53,279 bases of DNA from a virus (lineage: Duplodnaviria > Caudoviricetes). The notes beneath the pieces were generated by a model, which saw only the letters and a program-made list of their open reading frames with translations, did not search any database and had not been told where the DNA came from. The stretch is taken from the IMG/VR virus record IMGVR_UViG_3300012953_000042, positions 1-53,279 of that record, one strand, 5' to 3'. A program made the position numbers and the translations under genes. Shown in pieces: positions 1 to 8,768 of this stretch (the stretch's first letter is position 1; every line of letters begins with the position of its first letter).

Positions 1-2661
1 ATTTAAATTACTTGCAGTGACATAATCGGGAAGTCCAATTGTTATCTTTTGATTTGCTGCAACAGTCTCAATTTCATTTGCTGTACCTTCAATGTCTAAT
101 GATTGAGAATCTAGATCAACTGATCCAGTTCCACTATCACCAACAAAATCAAGATCTTGTGCAGTTACCTGAGTATCAACATATGCCTTGACTGATTGCT
201 GAGTTACCAATGCAGTCGCACTGTTGGATGACATATTATCTTCATCAAGTATAGTTGTAATACCAACTAATGTCTGACCAGAGGTACCAATATTAAGAGT
301 TACAGTGGTTGTAATACCTGATACATTTAAATCATCTAACTCTGTATATCCGTCTACATCTAAATTACCATTTGCATCAATTGCTCCAGTAAATGTTGAT
401 ATACCAGTTACATTCAGATTCTCTTCAATCTGAACACTCTTCTGTGTCAATAAAGTAGAACTAAATGTTGATATACCAGTAAATGTTGATACACCAGTTA
501 CACTTAAATTAGTAACAGAAGCAATATCACCAGTAATAGTAAGATCATTTCCTATGGTTATATCATCAGGAAGTCCAATGACTACCTTATTAGTTCCTGT
601 TACGGTTTCAATCTCATTTGAAGTTCCTTCAATATCTAAAACTTCAGTGTTTAGATCAATACTTTCATTTGATCCAGAATCCGCAGATACTGCTAAAGCA
701 GCACCACCTGGCCCACCTGGTGTTCTATCATCAACATACTTTTTGATTGATTGTTGCGTAACCAGTGCTGCTGCACTGTCTGATGCCATGTTATCTTCAT
801 CAAGTATCGTAGTAATACCAACTAATGTTTGACCAGTAGTACCAACTTGAAGTTGAGTAATAGTGGTCACACCAGTGATAATAGAACCACTTAAAGTAGT
901 AATACCAGAATTAACTATTAAATGTCCAAGAGTTCCAACACTAGTCAATCTAGAATTAACTACTCCAGATCCTAATGTATCATTAGACAGAACACTTGTA
1001 GTATCAATTTTAAATACTTTACCAGATGCAAGATCAAAATTTTCAGAAGATGTCCATGAATCTGTAGCATCTACCCAATTGAATGTTTTATTCCCCTCAC
1101 CTGAATAAACGGTAATACCTGCACCGTCTGCTGCAGCATCATTTGCTGCTCCACTTGCTATTCCTACATTTTTATCAGCCACATCCATTGTGGTAGAATT
1201 CACCGTAGTCTGGGTTCCATCTACTTGGAGATTTCCTTTAATAATAAGTGTTCCAGTATCGTCACCTACAGTTGCAGGGTCAATATACAGGTTAGCAGGG
1301 CCAGTAATCAGTCCTGTACTTATACCAACAGAACCTAATGTAGAAACACCAACAACATTTAATGTCTCGGCAATATTAACATTATCTAATTCTGTATATC
1401 CGTCTACATCTAAATCACCATTAGCATCAATATTACCAGTGAATGTTGAGACACCAACGACATTCAATGTCTCAGCAATATTAACATTGTCTAATTCTGA
1501 CCGCCCATCTACATCTAGATCACCATTAGCATCAATATCACCATCAGCAGTAATAGCACCAGTAAATGTTGATACACCAACTACATTTAATGTTTCTGCT
1601 ATGTTTACATTGTCTAACTCTGCTCGACCATCTACATCTAAATCTCCATTAGCATCTATTGCTCCAGTGAATGTAGAAAGACCTGTTACATTAACATTAC
1701 CACTTACTAAAAGTTGTTGATCAAATGTACCTATACCAGTAACTTTAAGGTGTCTAGTAGTAATATCATCACTAATTACAGTACTGGTTCCTATACCAAC
1801 ATTATTAACATATATCTTTTTCCATCTTTGAGAACTTGAACCTAAATCATAGGTATTATTGTCATCAGGAATAATATTAGAATCTACATCCGCATTAAAT
1901 ACGACATTATCAGTAGCAGCATCACCTAATGTAATCGTTCCACCAAAAAGACTTGTTGTTCCTACAACTTCTAAGTTACCACCAACATAAAGATGACTAT
2001 TAAATGTACCTACACCAACGAATGTGGAAAGACCAGAAACATAAAGATTATGGAATGTACCAATACCACCTGGTGGTTGTACACCCTTTGTTCCGATATA
2101 TCTGTAACCTACGATGTAAATATTAGTATCAGATACACTAGCAGGTAAATCTGGACCATTAAAGTTCAGAACCCCTGAAGCATAATCAAAGAACCAAGTA
2201 TCGTCTCCAGTTGCACCAGCAGCAGATAATTTAAAATAATCAGCACCCTCTGTTCCACTGCTAGGATCATTTCTATAAACCTCAATAATATAATCAGCAC
2301 CAAATTGGGTATTAATCCAATCACCTAAAATAGCAGACGAAGTGTTATTATATGTCGTATATGCAATAAAAGCACGGCTTCCAGCAACTGTGCTGTCTAC
2401 AGTCATCCTTACAGGAGAAGACTTAGAATATACTTTTACATATCCAGTATCAGATCCTGGAGGAGTAGCAGGTATGCTAATACTATCTGCCCATATACTA
2501 GTACTTCGAGTAGCAATAGGAGATGCAAGTGTCTCTGCAAAAGGTTCTTTTGTAGTACCACCACTTATTGCACCAGTTCCTGTTACGGATCCAGTTTTGG
2601 ATAAACTATAACCAACTTTCTTTAATAGAAAATCAACCTTTTGTTCAGTAGTTGCTGCCAC
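1..2661 (-). CDS. Tail fibre-like protein, partial (runs off the left edge; absent from the ORF track)
   Basis: GTG start at 2661 with GAGG about 9 nt upstream; reads (M)AATTEQKVDFLLKKVGY...; segments translated by hand are open, including positions 1-60 (...NQKITIGLPDYVTASNLN); G-V/I-S-T-F repeats typical of cyanophage fibres. Confidence 0.85.
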   Translation of the reverse strand, partial: MAATTEQKVDFLLKKVGYSLSKTGSVTGTGAISGGTTKEPFAETLASPIATRSTSIWADSISIPATPPGSDTGYVKVYSKSSPVRMTVDSTVAGSRAFIAYTTYNNTSSAILGDWINTQFGADYIIEVYRNDPSSGTEGADYFKLSAAGATGDDTWFFDYASGVLNFNGPDLPASVSDTNIYIVGYRYIGTKGVQPPGGIGTFHNLYVSGLSTFVGVGTFNSHLYVGGNLEVVGTTSLFGGTITLGDAATDNVVFNADVDSNIIPDDNNTYDLGSSSQRWKKIYVNNVGIGTSTVISDDITTRHLKVTGIGTFDQQLLVSGNVNVTGLSTFTGAIDANGDLDVDGRAELDNVNIAETLNVVGVSTFTGAITADGDIDANGDLDVDGRSELDNVNIAETLNVVGVSTFTGNIDANGDLDVDGYTELDNVNIAETLNVVGVSTLGSVGISTGLITGPANLYIDPATVGDDTGTLIIKGNLQVDGTQTTVNSTTMDVADKNVGIASGAANDAAADGAGITVYSGEGNKTFNWVDATDSWTSSENFDLASGKVFKIDTTSVLSNDTLGSGVVNSRLTSVGTLGHLIVNSGITTLSGSIITGVTTITQLQVGTTGQTLVGITTILDEDNMASDSAAALVTQQSIKKYVDDRTPGGPGGAALAVSADSGSNESIDLNTEVLDIEGTSNEIETVTGTNKVVIGLPDDITIGNDLTITGDIASVTNLSVTGVSTFTGISTFSSTLLTQKSVQIEENLNVTGISTFTGAIDANGNLDVDGYTELDDLNVSGITTTVTLNIGTSGQTLVGITTILDEDNMSSNSATALVTQQSVKAYVDTQVTAQDLDFVGDSGTGSVDLDSQSLDIEGTANEIETVAANQKITIGLPDYVTASNLN
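25..860 (-). repeat. Internal module duplication with a 555-nt (185-aa) period
   Basis: TTATCTTCATCAAGTAT at 236 and 791; GQTLVGITTILDEDNM...LVTQQS.K.YVD...LDIEGT.NEIETV...IGLPD occurs twice. Confidence 0.85.
1345..1695 (-). repeat. Three tandem intragenic repeats of about 35 aa (STFTGxIDANGDLDVDGxxELDNVNIAETLNVVG), plus a fourth copy near 330-410
   Basis: TCTACATCTA core at 1403, 1508 and 1631 (periods 105 and 123 nt) and at 353. Confidence 0.9.
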
Positions 2662-2680
2662 TTAATGTACCTCTACTTTC

Positions 2681-4618
2681 TTATGTATCTGAGAATGATA
2701 TATCGCTAATTGACTGTCCAGAAGTCAATTTAAATCTAATCAAAACTCTATTATTACTATCATTAGAAGATGATTCGGTACCAAAGACGCAAGTAAACGT
2801 GCCTCCATTAGTATCCATTAACCCACCAGAAGAACATCCTGGTTCAGCAGTTGTTGGAACACCAGCGCCTCTATATGCTTGGAACATATCTGCCCAACCA
2901 TTTTTACCAGAAAGTGATGTAGTCCATGTAGAATTATCAGGCATACATACCCAACATCCTGCTAATGCTCCAGTATAGGAAATATTAAATTGTGAAATCG
3001 CAGATTGTATAAACTGCATTTGGAAATACTGATTACCAGTTCTACCAGATGAAAAATCTGGACCTACTGGAAGCCAATTAGATGTATTTGAATAATCTGT
3101 TACATCATGCCTCAAATCTCCACCCCTTACGATTGCTTCATAAACAGCAGGAGTTGAAGTTGCATCAAAAGCAGTATAAACAGGAGTTGGATTATCTGCA
3201 ATTGCTCCTGCATTAACTCTTGTAGCAGAACCACCAGTTAGAGAACCAACAGTACATTCAATTGAATCTTCATCCACATTATTTGTATAATCTGCAGAAG
3301 TTCCCATAATATTTACCGATTTTCCTAATGAAGCTTCTTCGTTTTGATCACTTCCATAAGGTGTATAACAATCCCACCCATGAAAATGATTAGAAATAAT
3401 CGTTGCATGAATATTATTTGGAGTATGAGTTGCTGTAACAGTTGCTGCAGTTCCTACTCCCCAATCTCTTTGTGGTGGATGAGTACCTTGTACACCAGAC
3501 ACATATGTTTCATTAAAAAGTTTATAAGAATCTGGTTTCGTAAATCCAGTAGTAGCATTTTCAGCCCAAAGAAGTCTATTATTAGTACTGTAGTACATAT
3601 CACCAGTTGCATTCGTTACACTTATAACATAACTAAATGCATTTGCTGAATGATTCTTATAATGTGGAACACCAGAAGAATAATGGATCTCATGAGAACT
3701 AGTGTCTGGTGCAGTGACAGAGCTGAATGTTACATCAGGAACACCTGGAGGACTATCCTCTTCATACCAATAACTATTCACATTACTAGCAGTAACAGAT
3801 GCTCCGTGCTTGATCCAACAAGAATTAAATCCTACAGGTGATACGGCACTGTTTATACGCATATCAAGAACTTCATAAAAATTAGATGCAATTCCTGTAT
3901 TTCTTGTAGAATCTGCAGCATCCTTTTCGTTTGCTATCTGTAACTTATCATAAGTTCCATTATCGGATTTAGATGCATATAAACCAAATGAAACATTTAG
4001 TGCAGTTGTTCCTACACCTACACTATTAATATATGCATTAATTGTTCCAGAATCTCCTGGTCCATATTCTGTAAGATATCCTGTACTTATTACATTATCA
4101 ACATTTCTATAATATTCAGTTCCTGCTGATGGTGCAGTTGCTGCAGGAGTATTATTTGTTGGTGTAAATCCTGCACAAAGAGGTCTTTTTGTACTTTCTG
4201 CTAAACTACTTTCATCAAGAATTAAATTTACACCATCAATCGTATCTGGTTGATTTGGTACTAATTTTCCTAAAATATAATTCAATTCTTCTACTTGATC
4301 CTTTGTTTTGTCATCAACTTCAGGTGATTGCATTGCTCCTGCTCTAAAATTTCCTACTGTAGGAGTACCAACGATCTGATCACCATGATAAGTTGTTGCG
4401 GTAACTATACCAGTATAATCAATCTGACCGCCACCAAACCTTTCTTTCCACGGAGTTAAATTAGATATAGTCGTCCCAATACCAACACCACCAGTGTCTA
4501 CTTCTGTGAATAAATGACCGTCATAAAAATTGAGTGCTAACTCGCCTTTTTCTAAATCTGATAATGTGGGTCTTTTACCTGTTATTGAAGATCTTTTAAA
4601 TCTATACGGGGTTGCCAT
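2681..4618 (-). CDS. Tail fibre protein with a T4 gp37-like N-terminal attachment motif
   Basis: N-terminus FKRSSITGKRPTLSDLEKGELALNFYDG resembles T4 gp37 FKRSKIAGTRP...LAEGELAINLKD; beta-rich remainder. Confidence 0.75.
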   Translation of the reverse strand: MATPYRFKRSSITGKRPTLSDLEKGELALNFYDGHLFTEVDTGGVGIGTTISNLTPWKERFGGGQIDYTGIVTATTYHGDQIVGTPTVGNFRAGAMQSPEVDDKTKDQVEELNYILGKLVPNQPDTIDGVNLILDESSLAESTKRPLCAGFTPTNNTPAATAPSAGTEYYRNVDNVISTGYLTEYGPGDSGTINAYINSVGVGTTALNVSFGLYASKSDNGTYDKLQIANEKDAADSTRNTGIASNFYEVLDMRINSAVSPVGFNSCWIKHGASVTASNVNSYWYEEDSPPGVPDVTFSSVTAPDTSSHEIHYSSGVPHYKNHSANAFSYVISVTNATGDMYYSTNNRLLWAENATTGFTKPDSYKLFNETYVSGVQGTHPPQRDWGVGTAATVTATHTPNNIHATIISNHFHGWDCYTPYGSDQNEEASLGKSVNIMGTSADYTNNVDEDSIECTVGSLTGGSATRVNAGAIADNPTPVYTAFDATSTPAVYEAIVRGGDLRHDVTDYSNTSNWLPVGPDFSSGRTGNQYFQMQFIQSAISQFNISYTGALAGCWVCMPDNSTWTTSLSGKNGWADMFQAYRGAGVPTTAEPGCSSGGLMDTNGGTFTCVFGTESSSNDSNNRVLIRFKLTSGQSISDISFSDT

Positions 4619-4639
4619 TGACGATAATCGGTATTTACC

Positions 4640-4667
4640 AAAAAAGGAGACTATATAGTCTCCTTTT
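4640..4667 (-). terminator. Perfect 26-bp palindrome / intrinsic terminator
   Basis: AAAAGGAGACTATATAGTCTCCTTTT at 4642-4667, ending in a T6 tract on the minus strand; lies downstream of the 80-aa ORF. Confidence 0.75.
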
Positions 4668-4673
4668 ATTTAT
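4667..4673 (-). promoter_or_regulatory. T4-type late promoter (ATAAATA); second copy GTAAATA at 4632-4638
   Basis: Matches the TATAAATA core of gp55-dependent late promoters, upstream of a fibre gene. Confidence 0.6.
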
Positions 4674-4693
4674 CAGCGTTTTAATCTAATGTT

Positions 4694-4936
4694 TTATACT
4701 CCCAATGCTTTAGCAGCTTCTGTGTGGTCAGGAACAACTGGTTCTGGAGGTGCTGGAGGTAAATTTTCGTCTAAAGGTGGATCACCAGCATTAACTAGAT
4801 TTAATGCTTCAATAGCACCTTGAATACGAATAAATTGTTCTTTCTTTTGATTGAAATCTCTTTCCATTGCCACCAATTCATTCTTAAGTGTCTCTTGTTG
4901 CTTGTTTAAATCATCAAGCATCGCTTGTTTTTCCAT
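4694..4936 (-). CDS. Small coiled-coil protein (possible fibre chaperone)
   Basis: 80 aa, heptad-rich N-terminal half, Pro-rich tail, adjacent to fibre genes. Confidence 0.6.
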   Translation of the reverse strand: MEKQAMLDDLNKQQETLKNELVAMERDFNQKKEQFIRIQGAIEALNLVNAGDPPLDENLPPAPPEPVVPDHTEAAKALGV

Positions 4937-4961
4937 TTTTTAATTCAAGTAATTACTGTTT

Positions 4962-4981
4962 TATTTATTATAAACTAAATA
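4962..4981. promoter_or_regulatory. Divergent late promoters: ATAAATA (minus, 4962-4968) and CTAAATA (plus, 4975-4981)
   Basis: Late-promoter cores 17-26 nt upstream of each divergent ATG. Confidence 0.65.
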
Positions 4982-4998
4982 ATAAGAAAAGTCAAACG

Positions 4999-7332
4999 AT
5001 GGCACTAAAGATATACAAAAGAATCGGTATCCGAAGGGACAACAACCTTAGTGATCTCTCCAATACTACCGATGCATTAAATAACTTATTGGATGGTCTT
5101 GCCACAGGAAATGAGACATTTATAAAAGAAGACTTAAATTGTATTAAAAATATATTTTCTGAAGGGATGACATCATCCCAATTTAAATTGATAGGAAAAA
5201 GTGCTCAAACATTTACAGATAATCAAGGAAATAGACAAACATTAAAACCACTCGTAACTTTTCAAAATAGATTAGATATATCTGAATTATTTTCTGGAGA
5301 ACCAAGACTTTATGGTGGAGATGGACTTACAGCAACTTATTTTAATGAAGATCAAATACAATTAAATGAAGGATTATATGGAGGAGTATTTACAGGAGAA
5401 CCATTTGCTACTAATCAATACTGGGAAAATGGTAATTTTGCATGGGATAGAAAAATTCACCCATCTTCTGCAAATATAAATGGTGGTGTTCAATGGGAAG
5501 GATATTTCATACCAACAGACACAGGAACTCACACATTCCACACACAGTCTCCTGCATCAACAACCTTTGAATTTCAAGAAGAGAGTTGGGGTGGTAGTAC
5601 ATCAAATCCTGGAGTCGCAGGAACTTATAAAGAATATTCATTTATTGGAATATCTTCAAGTTTACCTATTCAAGCTGTCAGTTCTGGTAATGTTATAACT
5701 TTACAAAATGCAAGTGATGGAAAATATATTGGAATAGGACAATCTGTAGGTTTAACGGTAACTAATATCAACTCTACAGAAAGTGATACACTTACAATAG
5801 AGGATTATACTCAAAGTACTGGTGTGATTACTTTAACTCCACCATCTTCAGGTGATGCAGTAACTGGAAGTATTTCTGCAGGAACATTAGTCGATTTTTC
5901 AAAAGGTATAAACGATATTGTTAGAACAAATAATAAAATATCATATCAATTAGAAGCATATCAACCTTATAGAATAAGGACAAGATATTTTGTTCCACAA
6001 GAATATAATGCATCTGCATCTGAAAGATCATTCGAGCTTGATTTACAACGACCTACTGGTTCTACTAGTGATGAAATTCGTTATACACATCTTTATAATT
6101 TAAATTATGATTTTTCTGAAGAGAAAAAGGGTACATTTAATAAATTCTATGACAATTCACTACTTTTTGGTGGAGGTACAGTAGGAGGAACATCAAAACC
6201 AAATTATGTAGAAATTAAATCTACAAAAAAAGTTGATGTGAGGTACAATCCTCTCAATATTACAGTCACTAACTCTTCTAGTGGAAATAGACCTATAGAA
6301 TTTGCATCAAAAAGTTGTTCAACAACGTTAAATTCTGGTGTATTACCATTAGATGATACCACTGGAATAGAGGTTGGTAACTATGTTTATGATGATACTA
6401 ATATTGCAAACGAATCCAATAAAATAGTATCTGACGGAACAAGAGTAAAAGAAATAATTATTAATAGAGCATTAATTCTAGATACAAAATCACCAAAAAG
6501 TGGAACTGCAACATTAAAATTTATTGATCATCGTGGTCATGTGAAAAGAATTGCAGGTTTATGCCCTAATAATTCTGATACCATTACTATGCTTAATAGT
6601 GGAGATGTTACCTATAACAGAACTAACTTGAAAAAAGGAATGATAGTCGTAGTATCCAATAATCTAGAAAAAAATACAAAAATCACTGATGTGGAATCAG
6701 GAACTGCTCAAGAAATAAAAATTGGTCCTGTTTCAACTGGGGTAATACTTCAAGGACCATATTATGTGTATGAAAGTCAAGGATTGACTAATACTTCTTT
6801 AAAAGCATTCTGTTTCCCATCTACAGATCTAGATCAAAATAAATGTGTCAGTGTTACTACAGATATTCCAGCTGGTTCAACTAGTCTAACTGTAGATAGT
6901 ATTGCTGATGTAGATGATGGTGACAGAGTATTAGGATATTACTTTCAGGATGGAACAAAAGTAACTAGTAGTTCGGGTAATACAATACAAATAGATAAGG
7001 TAACAACTAAATTAATAAAAAGTGGTAATAACTTCACAATAACAACTAACCAAATTGCAAGTGATGATAAAAGTTTATGTTGTCCCCCAAAAGACACTTC
7101 TCCACCATTCGCAGCAAATGATGATGGAATGGAAACAACAAGCGATTTTAAGATTTTAGAGTTTTCTCAAGGAAATATCGTATTTGATTCTTTTAGAGCA
7201 ACTGTTGATTCTTCAAATGCATACACAGCAGCGACAACAAGTGATTATACAACTTTACTCGGAACAAGTACTACTAAGCGAATTAGACTCCAAACACCAA
7301 ATGGTGTAGTATATAAGTTATTAACGTCATAA
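4999..7332 (+). CDS. PA14 domain-containing virion protein
   Basis: Likely start ATG 4999 (MALKIYKRIG) after CTAAATA; PA14 hallmarks GLTATYFN...FAW...VQWEGYFIPTDTGTHTF; C-terminal beta-sandwich repeats. Confidence 0.75.
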   Translation: MALKIYKRIGIRRDNNLSDLSNTTDALNNLLDGLATGNETFIKEDLNCIKNIFSEGMTSSQFKLIGKSAQTFTDNQGNRQTLKPLVTFQNRLDISELFSGEPRLYGGDGLTATYFNEDQIQLNEGLYGGVFTGEPFATNQYWENGNFAWDRKIHPSSANINGGVQWEGYFIPTDTGTHTFHTQSPASTTFEFQEESWGGSTSNPGVAGTYKEYSFIGISSSLPIQAVSSGNVITLQNASDGKYIGIGQSVGLTVTNINSTESDTLTIEDYTQSTGVITLTPPSSGDAVTGSISAGTLVDFSKGINDIVRTNNKISYQLEAYQPYRIRTRYFVPQEYNASASERSFELDLQRPTGSTSDEIRYTHLYNLNYDFSEEKKGTFNKFYDNSLLFGGGTVGGTSKPNYVEIKSTKKVDVRYNPLNITVTNSSSGNRPIEFASKSCSTTLNSGVLPLDDTTGIEVGNYVYDDTNIANESNKIVSDGTRVKEIIINRALILDTKSPKSGTATLKFIDHRGHVKRIAGLCPNNSDTITMLNSGDVTYNRTNLKKGMIVVVSNNLEKNTKITDVESGTAQEIKIGPVSTGVILQGPYYVYESQGLTNTSLKAFCFPSTDLDQNKCVSVTTDIPAGSTSLTVDSIADVDDGDRVLGYYFQDGTKVTSSSGNTIQIDKVTTKLIKSGNNFTITTNQIASDDKSLCCPPKDTSPPFAANDDGMETTSDFKILEFSQGNIVFDSFRATVDSSNAYTAATTSDYTTLLGTSTTKRIRLQTPNGVVYKLLTS

Positions 7333-7340
7333 TTTCTGAA

Positions 7341-7410
7341 AAGGGTATTTTACGAAAAAATACCCGAAGTTTTTTTTCGACTTTTTTTAAAACAAAAAGT
7401 GAATTTTGCC
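7341..7410. repeat. Dispersed 70-bp A/T-tract plus hairpin element, copy 1
   Basis: 55/70 ungapped identity (hand count) to 29031-29100; GGGTATTTT-acgaa-AAAATACCC hairpin. Confidence 0.85.
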
Positions 7411-7411
7411 C

Positions 7412-8767
7412 CTATGTGGCTTGATCTAGTAGAAGGAAATAAGTTTCACCATTGATTACAACAGGAACCTTCCAGAGGTCTTTAGTACCAGGACTATAAG
7501 ATCCAAGAGTACTCGAAGATACTGTTTCTTGACTAATACCAGTTATTTCTATATCATCTCTAAATTCTAACTCTCCAATACTAGCTTCATAAGTCTGTGA
7601 AACCAAACTAGCATCAGATGCACCTGCTGTACCACTCTTATCCCAAGGGTTATTATCAGAAGAGAATGCACGAGTTGCACCAATGAATACACCAGGAGAA
7701 TCACTAGAATCTATATTAGCTTGACTCGCATTTGAATTTGCAGGGTCAGCAATAGTGCTAGATCCTTCTATTTTAATATCTTTAGAAGTTGTAGTATCAT
7801 CATTACTCTTATATTTTTGTCCAATAAAATAATTTGCAGTGTCTTGATTTGATGCAGTAGAATCAAATACATCTACGATATCACCACCTATCAAACTAAA
7901 ACTACCATCATCCTGTATTTCAGGAGGAATAAAGTTAGTCAGATTATTTTTAATTACTGGATCCTTACGAATTATTCTAAAATCCTGAACATCTGTTATC
8001 GTAATCTTAATATCTGAACCACCACCAATAGAACTAGCAGGAAAAGTTAACTCATCACCTACAAGATAGTTAGTACCAATTGCTTGTCCTGTAGGATTAG
8101 CACCATCATTGGCAAATTCTATTGTTGCACCATAATCACTAGTATTCCAGAGTGCTCCTGATCCAGTTCCCCCACTAGCAGTTAAATTAGAAAAACTATC
8201 ACTACTTCTACTTAAATCTTTTCTACCATCATGAGCAAATCCTATAATAGATCCACTTGCAGCCCAAGCACGACCATTAATAGTTTCAGGAGGATAAGAA
8301 TTTATCTCATTTATTGTACTGAAACCTACAATAAGACCAGCACCAACCGTTTCAGTAGATCCCCTAACAGAAATTTTAAACTTATCTAATCCATTAGAAC
8401 TACAAACATAATAATTTGGAGAACTTCCTCCAACAACAGTAGTAGAACCAGCACCAGTACCAAAAGTAACTGTATGACTGAACCCAACTACATCATCATT
8501 GGTAAAGACTACTTCTCTTGCTTCACCATCAGTATAAGGAGAATAATTTGACTTCTGAAAAGAAAAGAAAGATGCAAGACCAACTGCAGAAGTATCAAGA
8601 GTTAGACTACTAATACCTAATTGTGATGTATTCCTTAAATTATTTCTCAGTATCGCAATATCATTTGAAATACCAGCCTGATATAAATTATTCCAAACTG
8701 CAGAATCCTCTGCACCTTCAGATAAATTTAAGTCTTTTCTGTAACCTTGATTTGCTATTATTGGCAT
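7412..8767 (-). CDS. Virion structural protein (paralogous N-terminus with the PA14 and LRR proteins)
   Basis: 451 aa, G/S/T-rich; N-terminal GYRKDLNLSE...WNNL motif. Confidence 0.65.
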   Translation of the reverse strand: MPIIANQGYRKDLNLSEGAEDSAVWNNLYQAGISNDIAILRNNLRNTSQLGISSLTLDTSAVGLASFFSFQKSNYSPYTDGEAREVVFTNDDVVGFSHTVTFGTGAGSTTVVGGSSPNYYVCSSNGLDKFKISVRGSTETVGAGLIVGFSTINEINSYPPETINGRAWAASGSIIGFAHDGRKDLSRSSDSFSNLTASGGTGSGALWNTSDYGATIEFANDGANPTGQAIGTNYLVGDELTFPASSIGGGSDIKITITDVQDFRIIRKDPVIKNNLTNFIPPEIQDDGSFSLIGGDIVDVFDSTASNQDTANYFIGQKYKSNDDTTTSKDIKIEGSSTIADPANSNASQANIDSSDSPGVFIGATRAFSSDNNPWDKSGTAGASDASLVSQTYEASIGELEFRDDIEITGISQETVSSSTLGSYSPGTKDLWKVPVVINGETYFLLLDQAT

Positions 8768-8768
8768 T

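Noticed and set aside
1345-1695. Tandem repeats as a CRISPR array or DGR template/variable pair
   Set aside because: In-frame coding repeats with mainly synonymous divergence; no unique spacers, no adenine-specific pattern and no reverse transcriptase in the window
554-2978. Plus-strand ORFs of 81-176 aa
   Set aside because: Antisense shadows of the minus-strand fibre genes; their repeats mirror the real frame
4888-4998. N-terminal extensions in the ORF track (also for gp5, gp4, gp33, glutaredoxin and the 298-aa ORF)
   Set aside because: They overlap neighbouring genes or promoters; downstream ATGs have better RBS or promoter context
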